In this document: in pieces, positions 24,031 to 39,000 of the stretch
Layout: each line of letters begins with the position of its first letter
Position numbering within the stretch: position 1 is the first letter of the stretch
Assembly (NCBI GenBank): GCA_030141605.1
Contig: JAQGDQ010001359.1
Coordinates: 1-44,471 of the forward strand
From: Tubiluchus corallicola
Lineage: Eukaryota > Animalia > Priapulida
DNA length: 44,471 bases
Reading direction: 5' to 3'
Program-made: the position numbers and the translations under genes
Notes under the pieces: model-generated
Told to the model about the DNA's origin: nothing
Databases searched by the model: none
The model's input: the letters and a program-made list of their open reading frames with translations, nothing else

Positions 24031-24661
24031 ATAGAAGATGCATTATGTCAAAACTGCATTTGAAAGCCCCAAAACGGGTCATTAGCAGGTTACTCGTTAA
24101 AAATAATCACCTAAACGATGAATAAAAATTCATTTTGCAACAATTCAGAAAACTCAATTGTGTAGGTTACATTTGCGCACTAATTGCGTTTCCCAAAACC
24201 CACATTATGAGATGATGAGTCTTTTCGCTTGTGTTACGTGTGCAAGTAGCTTCTTGTTTGCTGGCCTAATCATTAGCCAACACGCGCAGTGTATGCCCAT
24301 GTGCTTCATTCTGCCTCGTCTGTCTAGCACTTGAAGTGTAAGTAACGCAGCGTTTGATAGCTGATGCAACCCATTCTGTTTGTCATGTCAGGCGTTGCAG
24401 AGTTGGGAGGCTTCATAGTTCACTGGAAAATTAACAGAAATGTGATTGGCTAATATTCGAACTGTTCACCCAAAAAGAGAAGGAGAGTTATGTTGAGTGG
24501 TGATTTGAAGGATAATGAGCCAATGACATTTGGGTAAATCGTAAATTCTTACGTATGCACTACATTTATAGTACACTTGTATTAAATACTACTTCAGATA
24601 ATTGTAATAGGATGATAATAATAAATAAATTGCAGGCAACAGAGGAATGTGTAATGAGCGA

Positions 24662-24766
24662 GCGAGAGAGAGACAGAGACAGAGAGAACGAGAGAGAGAG
24701 AGACTAGAAAGAGAGAGAGAGAGAGAGACAGAGAGAGAACGAGAGAGGGAGAGGGCGACTAAAAAT

Positions 24767-24797
<31 letters not shown>

Positions 24798-24849
24798 CAT
24801 AGAGAGAGAGAGAGAGAAACAGAGAGGGGAGAGAGAGAGAGAGAGAGAG

Positions 24850-24890
<41 letters not shown>

Positions 24891-25208
24891 CAGAGAGAAC
24901 GAGAGAGAGAGGGAGAGAGAGAGAGAGTGAGAGAGAGAGAGAACGAGAGAGAGAGGGGGAGAGAGAGACTTGAGAAAGAGAGAGAGGGGGAAGGAGTGAG
25001 AGAGGGAGAGAGAAAGAGAGAGAGACAACAGAGAAAGAACGAGAGAGAGAGAGAAAGAGAAAGAGAAAGAGAGAGAGAGAGAGAGAGAGGGAGAGAACGA
25101 GAGAGAACGAGAGAGAGAGACAGATGGACAGAGAAAGACAGAGAGAGAAAGAGGGGGAGAGGGAAAGAGAGAAAAAGAAAGAGAGAGATTGACAGAGAAA
25201 AGGAGAGA
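24662..25208. repeat. (GA)n microsatellite
   Basis: Seen directly. Confidence 0.97.
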
Positions 25209-26987
25209 CTGAATACGTTTTCAGTAGATCTTAATTTTTAGTAAAAGATGGCATCCTCCAACAGCGACACTGCAAACTCTTCATGTGAAAAGAGGGTGCA
25301 TTCTTGCTCATTCTTCCAACCTGGAGGGAGACATTTAGGGATGTTTCATCTTCTACAGTAGAATCTTAGAAATGGGTCCCCTGTAAAAAAAACACGTTAC
25401 ATCAAAAAGTCTTTGTACTTTACTAACACAGTGGTCGTTCTGTTTATCGCCCGTTTCTCTTGCATCCGCCCACCTTCACTAACTTGGCTTCATTGCCCAC
25501 CCACCTTCACCAACTTGGCTTCATTGCTCACCAGACAACACTTACGCCCTTCCATTCTGGCAGGCAAGTAAGCGAAACACTTACGCAGAAATACCGCAAA
25601 TCATTTGACACTTAATATCGACTCGAGCGTCGATCTAACAACTTTGGATGGCATTTAATGGAAAAGGAGGGAATATAAAGTATTTGTCGGTTCGCCTGAG
25701 TGGTCAGAAGAGTAATGGTCGAATTGTGTGGCAAACTTTTAACACGCACGACAGCGCCAATGCTCGTCCACAACGGACTACTTTTGAGAGGGGGTTTCGG
25801 GAGTGAACCATTTAAAAATGTTGTTGTCATTGCCCTTAACGGGATGCCCACTCTGTATCTCGACACTAGGCAGAGGTGCTGTACAAGCAGCAGGTCAAGT
25901 GACCCAACGGCCATGTGTAGAGGAGTAAACCTTCCAAATCAGGAGTGGAGCCCCGAAGGCGGACCACTGCAGCATGCTCACTGACTCCGGCAGCTCCTGC
26001 AGCCAACCTGGTACCAAACGTATCGCTCCGCTTTCCTTTGGACTACACTAGGGAGGAAGAGAGGGGGTTCCTGCGATCTGGGCAACTCAGGATCTCTATA
26101 CAACTTGCCCAGGCGTGCGCCCTGGAGACGTTCAAGGATCGGACTTTCTTGGCGCACATTCCATTGTCTTCCGAGACAGAAGGATGCCAACAATTGATCT
26201 AAATTTCTAACTAAATTAAATTTGTTGAATTGGTCACCACAACTATTATAACTATTAGCTGTATATTACGACTGATGCTCTTACAAATAATTGATGTAGA
26301 AAAAACCGTTTGTTTATTAATCAGTTGCAAAGCTTCCTTTGTTAAGTGTCAGCTATCTTACTCTGCGAAAGGACTTTGTGGATGTTGACTAACAGCCCAC
26401 TAATTTATTGTACATGTATTTTCTTTACGCTGGATTACTTAATTATATAGTAAATGACATAATTTTAAAAATTAATAATGTTTCCCAAATTAAACTGACA
26501 CACCATGCCTGCAGGCATGCCTTCCATAATGATCTTAGTGTCTTAATGATCATTTTCTATATTCGGTAAAGGATATGTGACTTTATAGTATTTTCGCTAT
26601 CCTTTCTCTAGTTTTATATCTATCATTGTAACCATTCATCAAAACTTATTATTGATTCTGCTATTAATAATGTCCTATTGTAGTTTGCTAAAGAGATAAA
26701 TAAAGAGAGATCGAATTGAAAAAAAAACTGAATTGAATTGAATTGACATAAATAGCGACCCACTGATTTACATGAGTTAGACGTAAATGTAAGAAAACTG
26801 TAATATATACGCTCAAACCAAAGTTGCGTTCCCATATCTATGTTAGTTTATTCTGCAAAATACAAATTTTTTGTAGTCTACAATTACTACCTCTACAAAA
26901 CTACTGAAATAAGTGCTAGAAAAATAAGTGCTACAGATTACTACGTTACACTAAAAAGCTAAAATGCATACATACATTGTTGGTCCG

Positions 26988-27883
26988 ATATTTCGCACCT
27001 GGCTTGGAAAGAGAGAGAAGGAGAGAGAGAGGAAGAGAGAAAGAGGTGGGAGAGAGAGATGGTGAGAGAAAGAGAGAGAAGGAAAGAGAGAGGGAGAGAG
27101 AGAGGTGGGAGAGAGAGAGAAAAAGCCAGAATGTCAGTAAAAGGTAGCAGTATAATTACAAGTCAAATTTTAAATGCAGCAGAGACGTGTGTACATAACA
27201 AGTTCCACCTATACAATGTCAGAGTAGAAAAAGTAGTCTAGCTTGTTGAACTACAGTCTAATATATTGTGGCTTCTAATGCATATACTACCTTGGGAAAA
27301 AGTTGTCTAGCTTGTTGAACTACAGTCTAATATATTGTGGCTTCTAATGCATATACTACCTTGAGGAAAAAGTAGTCTAGCTAGTTGAACTACAGTCTAA
27401 TATATTGTGGCTTCTAATGCATATACTACCTTGGGAAAAAGTAGTCTAGCTAGTTGAACTACAGTCTAATATATTGTGGCTTCTAATACACATATTACCT
27501 TGGGAAAAGTAGTCTAGCTAGTTGAACCACAGTCTAATATATTGTGGCTTCTAATACACATACTACCTTGGGAAAAAGTAGTCTAGCTAGTTGAACCACA
27601 GTCTAATATATTGTGGCTTCTAATACACATACTACCTTGGGAAAAAGTAGTTTAGCTTGTTGAACTACAGTCTAATATATTGTGGCTTCTAATACATATA
27701 CTACCTTGAGAAAAAGTAGTCTAGCTAGTTGAACTACAGTCTAATATATTGTGGCTTCTAATACACATACTACCTTGGGAAAAAGTAGTCTAGCCAGTTG
27801 AACTACAGTCTAATATATTGTGGCTTCTAATGCATATACAACCTTGGGAAGGGGTAATGGACCTAAACATTTGTACCTGCAAC
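26988..27883 (-). mobile_element. Unclassified dispersed element carrying a GA tract and an internal minisatellite
   Basis: The left end matches 21391-21410 and the right end matches 21635-21707, both inverted. Confidence 0.5.
27228..27850. repeat. Minisatellite, 69 bp x9
   Basis: gctwgttgaac at 27241, 27310, 27380, 27449 and onward to 27793. Confidence 0.97.
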
Positions 27884-28369
27884 AAAAGCAATTTAGCAAT
27901 CTCTGCGCGACTTACCCGTAACCAATAAGAAATCTGATCATTATATTTTTCATTCCATGGCTGTTTATCATGAAATTCTCGAAGTTTTTATCTCATTTTT
28001 ATACCGCTGATATTTGAAGCGTCGCAGAACGTTGTTTTTAAGTAAGATTTTCAATTTTGGTAGAAAAATGCAGAGTCCCCGAGGAAGATTTGCTAGGATT
28101 AACTAACTCCCACACAAGCATCTTTTAATTAATTGAGACCTAGAAGGTAATGAACGGTCTGTTGATGTTGATGATATTGCAATCCGTCTTAGTCAGTATG
28201 AATGGGGTCCATTCTGCGTCTGAAAATCCGGCTAATAAAAACATTTAATCAAGTTTCTTGACAGATCTATGTATTAGCCAAGATTGATGCGAGAGCTGCC
28301 CACTGATCTCAAGCGGTATGCAGTTCGCCTGCGACACTGAGACACGTGTCAATGCGTAAAACAGCAGAT

Positions 28370-28608
28370 AACACACGTGGAAAGGTTTCCCGTATTGAAT
28401 ATTGAGTTTAACACATGTGAAAAGGTTTCCCGCATTGAATTTTGAGTTTAACACGTGTGAAAAGGTTTCCCGTATTAAATTCTGAGTGTAACGCACGTGA
28501 AAAGGTTTCTCGTATTGAATTTTGACTTTAACACATGTGAAAAGGTTTCCCGTATTGACTTTTGAGTTTAACGCATGTGAAAAGGTTTCCCGTATTGAAT
28601 TTTGAGTT
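28370..28608. repeat. Minisatellite, 40 bp x6
   Basis: aaaggtttc at 28381, 28421 and onward to 28581. Confidence 0.96.
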
Positions 28609-29811
28609 GTTCAAAGGAGAGTAAGCAATTTAAAACAGAGCGTTATATTTTTTAACTCAATATTTTAACGTGTTTGCAAGAAAACATATATTGCCAAGTT
28701 AATTTTGTGTTTTTTGAAACGGTGTAGTAATTAATGTAAACCAGAACACGTAATTTGCAATATTTTTGTAATAGGTCTGTTACCTAGTCTTTGTTCTTTA
28801 ATCTTAGTTAATGATTATTAAACACAAATACGCTGTTCAGAACGGCCTTAAATTTAAAAACTATTAAGTTTAAACAAATAATTTTGGGAAATTGCAATAT
28901 ATTTCCAAGTTAACCTGTTTGGGTAAAATTGCTCTGCAGTAATAAGTTTAATGCTGTTTAACTTTGTTTTAAGCACAGCCAAAAATATTTACTTCGCTTT
29001 GAGTTTCCTTTTGTTTGATATAATTTTTTGTTATAAGTTGAATTCCGTTTTGCATTGCTTGTGAAAACTTCCTTTTATTCTGAGTGGAATTGCATTTTTG
29101 CTTTGAGTAGATTTTTGTTGCTTTTGTTTGATGTTATTTTTTGCTCAACATTAAAGTTCATTAATTGTTTGCTTGATGTTATTCCTTGTTATGCTTTGAA
29201 TTGCATTTCTGCTTTGAGTTGATTTTTGTTGCTTTTGCCTTGTATATATACACAAACACCTAAAAATGTCATGAGCCTGTGAGCAAACTTGTATTTTTAA
29301 TAAGGGCCAACTGACCAAGTGACCAATAGGTCTTTCGCTGCTCCTTCTCAGCTGCAATGAAATGTAAAAATAATTATGACGAATTTTAACTGCTATTGAG
29401 AAAATAAAATTGAATTGAATTGAAATGAATTGAATTAGTACTTAACTGGGCAAGACGAACTTATGGGCTGCCACTTTGCTGATTTGTTTTGAATACATTT
29501 TCCGTTGCTACTGTCACCGTTATACAAACAGTTGACCAGTTTGCCTTTACTTAGGTCCACGTATTGACAAGGAATCATTGACCAGTGATGAGATTGAATT
29601 GAATTGACGGTCAGTTCTCCCACTTAACCCTGTAAGTTGTTGTAACTGACCACTATATTTACCTTGTTCTACACTAGACTAGCTTGCCACTAAATCCCAG
29701 ACACCATTAGAATTCATTGAGTATTGAAAATTGAGTGAACAAATAAGGAGCAAGCAATGAGTCATTCCAAGTGAAGAATCTTGGTCTACGCTATAAATAA
29801 TTCTAAAAGTA

Positions 29812-29878
29812 TACACGCACGCACGCACGCACGCATACACACGCACACACACGCACACGCATGCACACGCACACGCGC

Positions 29879-29928
<50 letters not shown>

Positions 29929-30007
29929 ACGCACACGCGCACACACACACGCACACGCACATGCACGCACACACGCACGCACGCACACACACACACACAC
30001 ACACACA
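29812..30007. repeat. (CA)n/(CACG)n microsatellite
   Basis: Seen directly. Confidence 0.97.
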
Positions 30008-30011
30008 TATA

Positions 30012-30244
30012 ATGGACTCAATTCGACTCAGGGTGTCGAACTACAAGATGGCGGTCTTGATATTGCGCATCATGAAGATCCATTTTACAATCGTTTTGTA
30101 ACTGATTACTTAACTACAAATGTTAATTTTAATTACATACAAGACGTCTGGACCTAGAAGAAAGGGGTGAGCCGCTGCTGACGTGGAAGCAGGGCGTGTA
30201 GAGGGCCCTGCACCTGACCCGACACAGTTGCCTCCGTAACAATA
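30012..30244 (-). mobile_element. Internally deleted copy of the 3063-3577 element with a single 56-bp-type monomer
   Basis: Reverse complement of 3063-3168 joined to about 3447-3577. Confidence 0.85.
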
Positions 30245-30249
30245 TATAT

Positions 30250-30501
30250 ATATGTGTGTGCACTAAAAATATATAATGTTTCAAGTGTGAACATTTTCAA
30301 AAAATTGTTAGATAAAATTAAATTTAGTTTGTTTATGCAAGGAAAAGAGAAAGACATTGTAAATAATTTACAACGTAATTTTGATATCAACTTACATATG
30401 TATATTTTTAACTCCCGGTTTGATTGTATTAACCGTTAAGTACTTTTGCCCTACAAATAGAGGGCAGCACTTGTACATAATGTATTATAATTTGTATGAT
30501 G

Positions 30502-30583
<82 letters not shown>

Positions 30584-30585
30584 CA

Positions 30586-30616
<31 letters not shown>

Positions 30617-30681
30617 TAACGATAACGATAACGATGACGATGACGATGACGATGATAATAATAATAATAATAATAATAGTA

Positions 30682-30715
<34 letters not shown>

Positions 30716-30770
30716 CGATAACGATAACGATAACGATAACGATAACGATAACGATAACGATAACGATAAC

Positions 30771-30818
<48 letters not shown>
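30250..30818 (+). mobile_element. LINE 3' end with RCAAATAG hairpin and an expanded compound (AAT/GAC/GATAAC)n tail
   Basis: tgccctacaaatagagggca at 30447-30466; ORF remnant SSVNIFKKLL. Confidence 0.65.
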
Positions 30819-30820
<2 letters not shown>

Positions 30821-31873
30821 GCTAAATTTTCACGTTGCACGTGATAAAATTCATGATTGTCATCACTATCGTCGTCACCTTAATTGTTATTATCATTATT
30901 AATATCCTCTTCCTCCTCCTCCTCCTCCTCCTCCTCCTCCCCCTCCTCGTTTTTCCCATCATCATCATATACCTGATAGGTCAACGGATGTGAAAAATTA
31001 CTCTATGCAAGACACATTTCGTAACACTTGCGTGTGTCGTTCATCTGCGATTTACAAAGCGCCCAGACGCAATTTTCCATTCATACAGGACAAATTAGGT
31101 GGACTCGGAGAAGTAATCTTGTCATTGATTAGCTGCAAGATTAGCTACGTTACTCGTGACATCCACTGAGGAAACTGGGTTATTCTAAACAGTCATCGAG
31201 AAAAAGAAAAATTACAGAAGCTTGAGGAACGCAGCTAGCGCAACGTTCACGTGGAAATTGTAATTGTATATTTTTTAGGTGCTGCCATCTATGAACTAAT
31301 CCTTTTACATTTTACTAGCTAAACTCACCCCAAGTATAATTGTACGGTCATTCACTGGACCTCTCCCTATTTTACAGTAATGGTTTTTGTGAAGCCAAGT
31401 TTGCATAATCCCCTATACCCTATACATACTGACTGGATTTACTTTCTAGTCACTGTCTCACTCTCAGTGCAGTGCAGCAGTCATGCTAGTTGTGCTACAC
31501 AACTGTCTAATTCTCACTCTCAGTGCAGTGCAGTGCAGCAGTCGTGATTTTACTTACTGTCTAACTCTCAGTGTTCAGTGCAGGACACTCTTGTTCTCAG
31601 TGTTCAGTGTAGCAGTCATTCTACATATGTGTATGTAGTCTAATAAACACTTTCCAGTTTTGTGCAAATATGTAGTATAGTTTTTTATTATTGTTCTACA
31701 AAGTGAGTGATCTACAACTTTAAACATGACTTTCACAGTCTCTCTGTCTCTCTGGTTGCCCGTAGAGGACGATGATAATATCTTCCAACAAGAATGATAT
31801 CCCTCCAAGAATTATACACCAACATAATTGCAGTCGATAAAGTATCGATATGTGTTCAGATAATTAAAGTAAT

Positions 31874-34120
<2,247 letters not shown>

Positions 34121-35070
34121 ATTAAATATCGAAGCCTAAACCCGCAAAGCGTACAAAACCAATTTCTGCTCTCAATAAACATGGCGACAACCCCATTCTG
34201 CACACTTAAGGTAACTACTGGCATTAAAAAACTTTTTAAGATGGTCAAAAATCTATCGGAAATTTCTAATTGCCTGTTTTAACCGCCATGTATAAAGCTT
34301 GTTTGCTGAATAGTTTTGCCTCACCAATTTGCTTGTTGCTTTTAAAAGCGCAAATGGAGTTCCCGCAATGGAAATTTCATTAGCTTGAGTCGCTGATGTG
34401 ATAAACTCGGTTGCATGCAGCTTCGACATCTGTTAGTCAAAGCGAGGCTGCGCATGTCAGCGAAAATCTGTGTCCAAAATCATTCCTCAAGCTGTCCCAT
34501 GCTGCTCACGAAATGGCCGCATTTTGGCGTTAAAAAGGAACCAGGAAAATATCTAAGCTCAGTTTTTCACTAAGCAGGGTGCACTCAGGCGAGTTAATCA
34601 GCGTGATCTGCTCTTCTCTGCCGCGTGTTTTATCCATTCCGGAAAGTTGTCTAGCTAGACCCTCGTTGGCAAACTGCTTTACACTGGCCAGACATCTCCG
34701 GTGTTAATCGAAAGGCATTTAATTTAATCAACTATTCTCGTACTGCGCCAGAGAAGAAATCGCGAAAACGCAAAACTAAATTCCAAAGCTAAGAAGCCCG
34801 GAAAATATTTACAAAACCGGCCAGCGTTAAGAAATTGTTAGCTGAAAGGTATGTAGCGTTATAGATGTGTTCTACTATTCTGGCTCCCGGTTTTGCCCAT
34901 TCATACTGCTTCCTTTGCATAACAGCTTTGTCTACGTTTTTCATAAACTGTATACATTTTAACTGCTTAGAATCATTCTTACGTTTTAAACCATTTCATC
35001 CTTTGTAAACTTTTTTATAAATTCTAAAAACCTTTTATTGGCCTGAGCAATGCTGTGTAGATGCTTTAAT

Positions 35071-35442
35071 AAGCCTTTTCACGTGCGCATGCGCAGTTGT
35101 TGTATATCAAAGGTTAAGTGCACTGTAGCAACACGTCTTAGCTACAACCGTCACGCGACGTGTGGATAAAACAAAGCCGTCTGTCGCATCAGTTCAGTAC
35201 CTTCAGTTGTTTTACCTGGACCTTGCTTAGTTATGCATTAGTCAGTGTACAGAATGATTTACTAGCAGGATTTCATTTGCAACAAGAAAAAATGAACTAG
35301 GCTAACTTTTATCTAGCTGTTAAAATTGTTACTATTACAATAGCTTCGGCTGCGAGGCGTTGTCAAGTGTGCGTAAATGCGTTGTCTGGTTCACTTAACC
35401 TTTGACCTTCCACGATCAATTGCTGGAACTGTGAAAAGGTTT
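35071..35442 (-). mobile_element. MITE family A, full copy
   Basis: at|aagccttttcac ... ctgtgaaaaggttt; body homologous to the other copies. Confidence 0.85.
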
Positions 35443-36425
35443 GTTCCTTTTAGGTTGCTAGACTCACTAAACTCACATTTACTGGCTTAAACTCACATCT
35501 GCTTGGTTTGTGGTTTGTGCACTATATGTTGACCTTTGACCTTATCGTTGACCTTTCCACGATCACCATCAATCACTGGAACTGTGAAAGGGCTTATTTT
35601 CTATAGGTCGCTAGGCTCACTAGACTCACATTTACTGGCTTAAACTCACATCTACTTGATTCGTGGTTTGTGCACTATATGTTGACGTTTGACCTTACCG
35701 TTGACCTTTCCACGATCATCATCAATCACTGTAACTGTGAAAAGGTTTATTCTCTATAGGTTGCTAGACTCATTAGACTCTCAGTTACTGGCTTAAACTC
35801 ACATCTACTTGATTTGTGGTTTGTGCACTATATGTTGACCTTTGACCTTACCGTTGACCTTTCCACGATCATAATCAATCACTGTAACTGTGAAAAGGTT
35901 TATTCTCTATAGGTTGCTAGACTCACATTTACTGGCTTAAGCTCACATCTACTTGATTCGTGGTTTGTGCACTATACGTTGACCTTTGACCTTACCGTTG
36001 ACCTTTCCACGATCATCATCAATCACTGTAACTGTGAAAAGGTTTATTCTCTATAGGTTGCTAGACTCACATTTACTGGCTTAGACTCACATTTGCTTGA
36101 TTTGTGGTTTGTGCACTATATGTTGACCTTTGACCTTACCGTTGACCTTTCTACGATCATCATCAATCACTGGAACTGTGAAAAGGTTTATTCTCTATAG
36201 GTTGCTAGACTCACTAGACTCACATTTAATGGCTTAAACTCACATTTGCTTGATTTGTGGTTTGTGCACTATATGTTGACCTTTGACCTTACCGTTGACC
36301 TTTCCACGATCATCATCAATCACTGGAACTGTGAAAAGGTTTATTCTCTATAGGTTACTAGACTCACTAGACTCTCAGTTACTGGCTTGAGCTCACATCT
36401 ACTTGATTTGTGGTTTGTGCACTAT
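35404..36425. repeat. Satellite, 144/153 bp x about 7, built from the MITE A terminus plus flank
   Basis: gacctttccacgatc at 35404, 35550, 35703, 35856, 36000, 36144, 36297; 9-bp indel variants. Confidence 0.95.
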
Positions 36426-36869
36426 GTGACATCATTGCACGCAGGGAGGAAACACGTCTGCCCCATTAATAATGCAAGTAAACCAAAACACTGTTGGACG
36501 TATGTTCCAAACATCTCAATTCTCTCTCATCACTATCATTATCCCATATTATCTTGTCTTCCTGTTTTAGCTTAATGCGCTGTTGCATTTGAACATTTCC
36601 GTACTCAAATGTAACCTCGATGAAACTGCCTAATTACAAAGATACACGACGCAGGAGATTTGAATGACCTGTCTGCACTGACTGCTGCTGGTAATGATGA
36701 TGATGATGATGATGGTGATGATGTCATTGAAGATAATGGTCAGGACGAGAACGCTGACTGTTAGGTCGTTTTGATTTTGCGCTTAAAGGTCAAGTGGTAT
36801 CAAGATCGAAAAATAGTTTGCGAAGTTCAAACAAATATGAAAATATGCAAACAAATAAGCGTGGATAAC

Positions 36870-37299
36870 GTAGTAGTAAAATCTTTATTTGCCATTTTAA
36901 AAACATTGACCATCTTATTAAAAGACAGACAATCAGTGTTAGTTCATTTAAAAACATACACTGTTCTGGGCAAATGCGTCTGGTGCAAGCTAAACTATAA
37001 GTGCAACTAGAAATTCAAAAATAAAATATAAACTAGTTTAGTAAGGTCTAGGAAAAATGAAATTATGATTTGAGTAAGTATCATCGTGTTCGTGTGTCGG
37101 ATATTCAAAACGAGTCATTAAATGTTTTTTTTTAATTTAGACTTGAATATTGATAAAGAGCTGCTGTGTTATAGTAATGTCGGTAATGAATTCCAAAGTT
37201 GTATTGCTTGCTTAGTAATGGAATTCTTTCCATATTGATTGTTCGTTCTAATGTTTCTTAAATTTAGTGTTCTGTTATTCATACTGGGGTTTTTAAGAA
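36870..37299 (-). mobile_element. Second copy of the TAC-tailed LINE, with a short tail
   Basis: Reverse complement of about 32154-32583. Confidence 0.9.
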
Positions 37300-37324
37300 A
37301 GATTCGAGCAAAAAGTTCGAGCAA

Positions 37325-37598
37325 AAAATTAACGTGTTCTTACGCTACGTGATACGTTAAAACGTTTAAATCTTGTTGTCTACTTGTTTCAGCATCTAAA
37401 AACAATATTGTGAACTAAAATTAACGTGTTCTTACGCTACGTGATACGTTAAAACTTTAAATCTTGTTGTCTACTTGTTTCAGCGTCGAAAAACAATATT
37501 GTGAACTAAAATTAACGTGTTCTTACGCTACGTGATACGTTAAAACGTTTAAATCTTGTTGTCTACTTGTTTCAGCATCTAAAACAATATTGGGAACT
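37325..37598. repeat. Minisatellite, about 91-92 bp x3
   Basis: aaaattaacgtgttcttacgctacg at 37325, 37417, 37508. Confidence 0.95.
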
Positions 37599-38458
37599 AA
37601 TATTGTTTCTTGATCAACTAAGAATAATTGTCTTCAGTTTATAAGCTGCTTATTGCTGTTTAATGACGGTGTTCCATTAGCCTTACTGGACTTTTTTACG
37701 TTTTCATTGGTCAAACAGTTAAGTGTTATTACTGCTGCAGACGATCCATTAATTTTGACTTAAATTAATTTTGGTAAAGAGCAGACCACGTTCATTAGTT
37801 CGCCTGCCTGGGTGCACCGAGGAAATTTTGGTCATTTGTGCACCGCGTAACAAAATGGAAAATTTATTTGACAAACGTTGAAACAAGGGTTTGAAAATCA
37901 TTGCGTTTTTACTGGAACGTTTAGTGTCACAATGTTTGCAAAATAAAGAGCTGTTGTAGTTTTCTAAACACCAGGGTGTGCTCTCATCTTCTTCACCCAA
38001 CTCGAAGTTTGAACGTTCATTTCTCAGCTGCTAAACGTGCTGCATAACGAGGTAATTAACCGTCTGGCAACATCTGTTGGAGGCAGGCATGACTTCATCC
38101 CTGTGGCAGTAGACTTATAATTAAATGCTGTCCCAGTAATTACCATCACACTTGCATGATCATGTCTTCTAGGTAGGTAATCAGCGGCAAGCCTTATGTG
38201 CCTTTATTTCACGCAGGGTTTTCTTAATGATGCGCGATAACTGCCCATTGTCCAAGCTAATAAACAATTAACTATATGACATATCCAAACAACTGCCAAT
38301 TGATTAATGTTTTGCTGTATACACGCATCTTTCAAAATGTTCAACATTTAGCTTTCCAAAGTAAGGAATTAGTAGAAAAGTCCAGTTTGGAAGGTCACTA
38401 AATAGGCAAAATTTGGGCAGCGAAAATAGGGAGAATATTGATCCTGCGTGTTCCACGT

Positions 38459-39000
38459 TTCATTCATTCATTCATTCGTTCATTCGTTCATTCGTTCATT
38501 CGTTCATTCATTCATTCATTCATTCATTCATTCATTCATTCATTCATTCATTCATTCATTCATTCATTCATTCATTCATTCAATCATTCGTTCATTCGTT
38601 CATTCGTTCATTCATTCATTCATTCATTCATTTATTCATTCATTCATTCATTCATTCATTCATTCATTCATTCATTCATTCATTCATTCACTCACTCACT
38701 CACTCACTCATTCACTCACTCACTCACTCATTCATTCATTCATTCATTCATTCAATCATTTATTCATTCATTCATTCATTCATTCATTCATTCATTCATT
38801 CGTTCCCGTTCGTCCGTCCATTCTTTCATTCGTTCATCCACTCATCCATACATTCGTTCTTTCATGTGCTTCGTTCACCAGCTATTGGTTTGTCGACCAG
38901 TTCGCTAACTTGGTCATCTGACCGTTTCTTTTTTCATTTGTTGGACCGTCCATTTGTCTTTGTTTGATTGTTCGTTCGTTTGTTCATTCGTTCGTTCGTT
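38459..39000. repeat. (TTCA)n microsatellite, decaying into (TTCG)n
   Basis: Seen directly. Confidence 0.95.

Noticed and set aside
36650-36764. Acidic terminal exon (GDLNDLSALTAAGNDDDDDD...)
   Set aside because: Driven by a short (GAT)n run; weak acceptor; no upstream exons found
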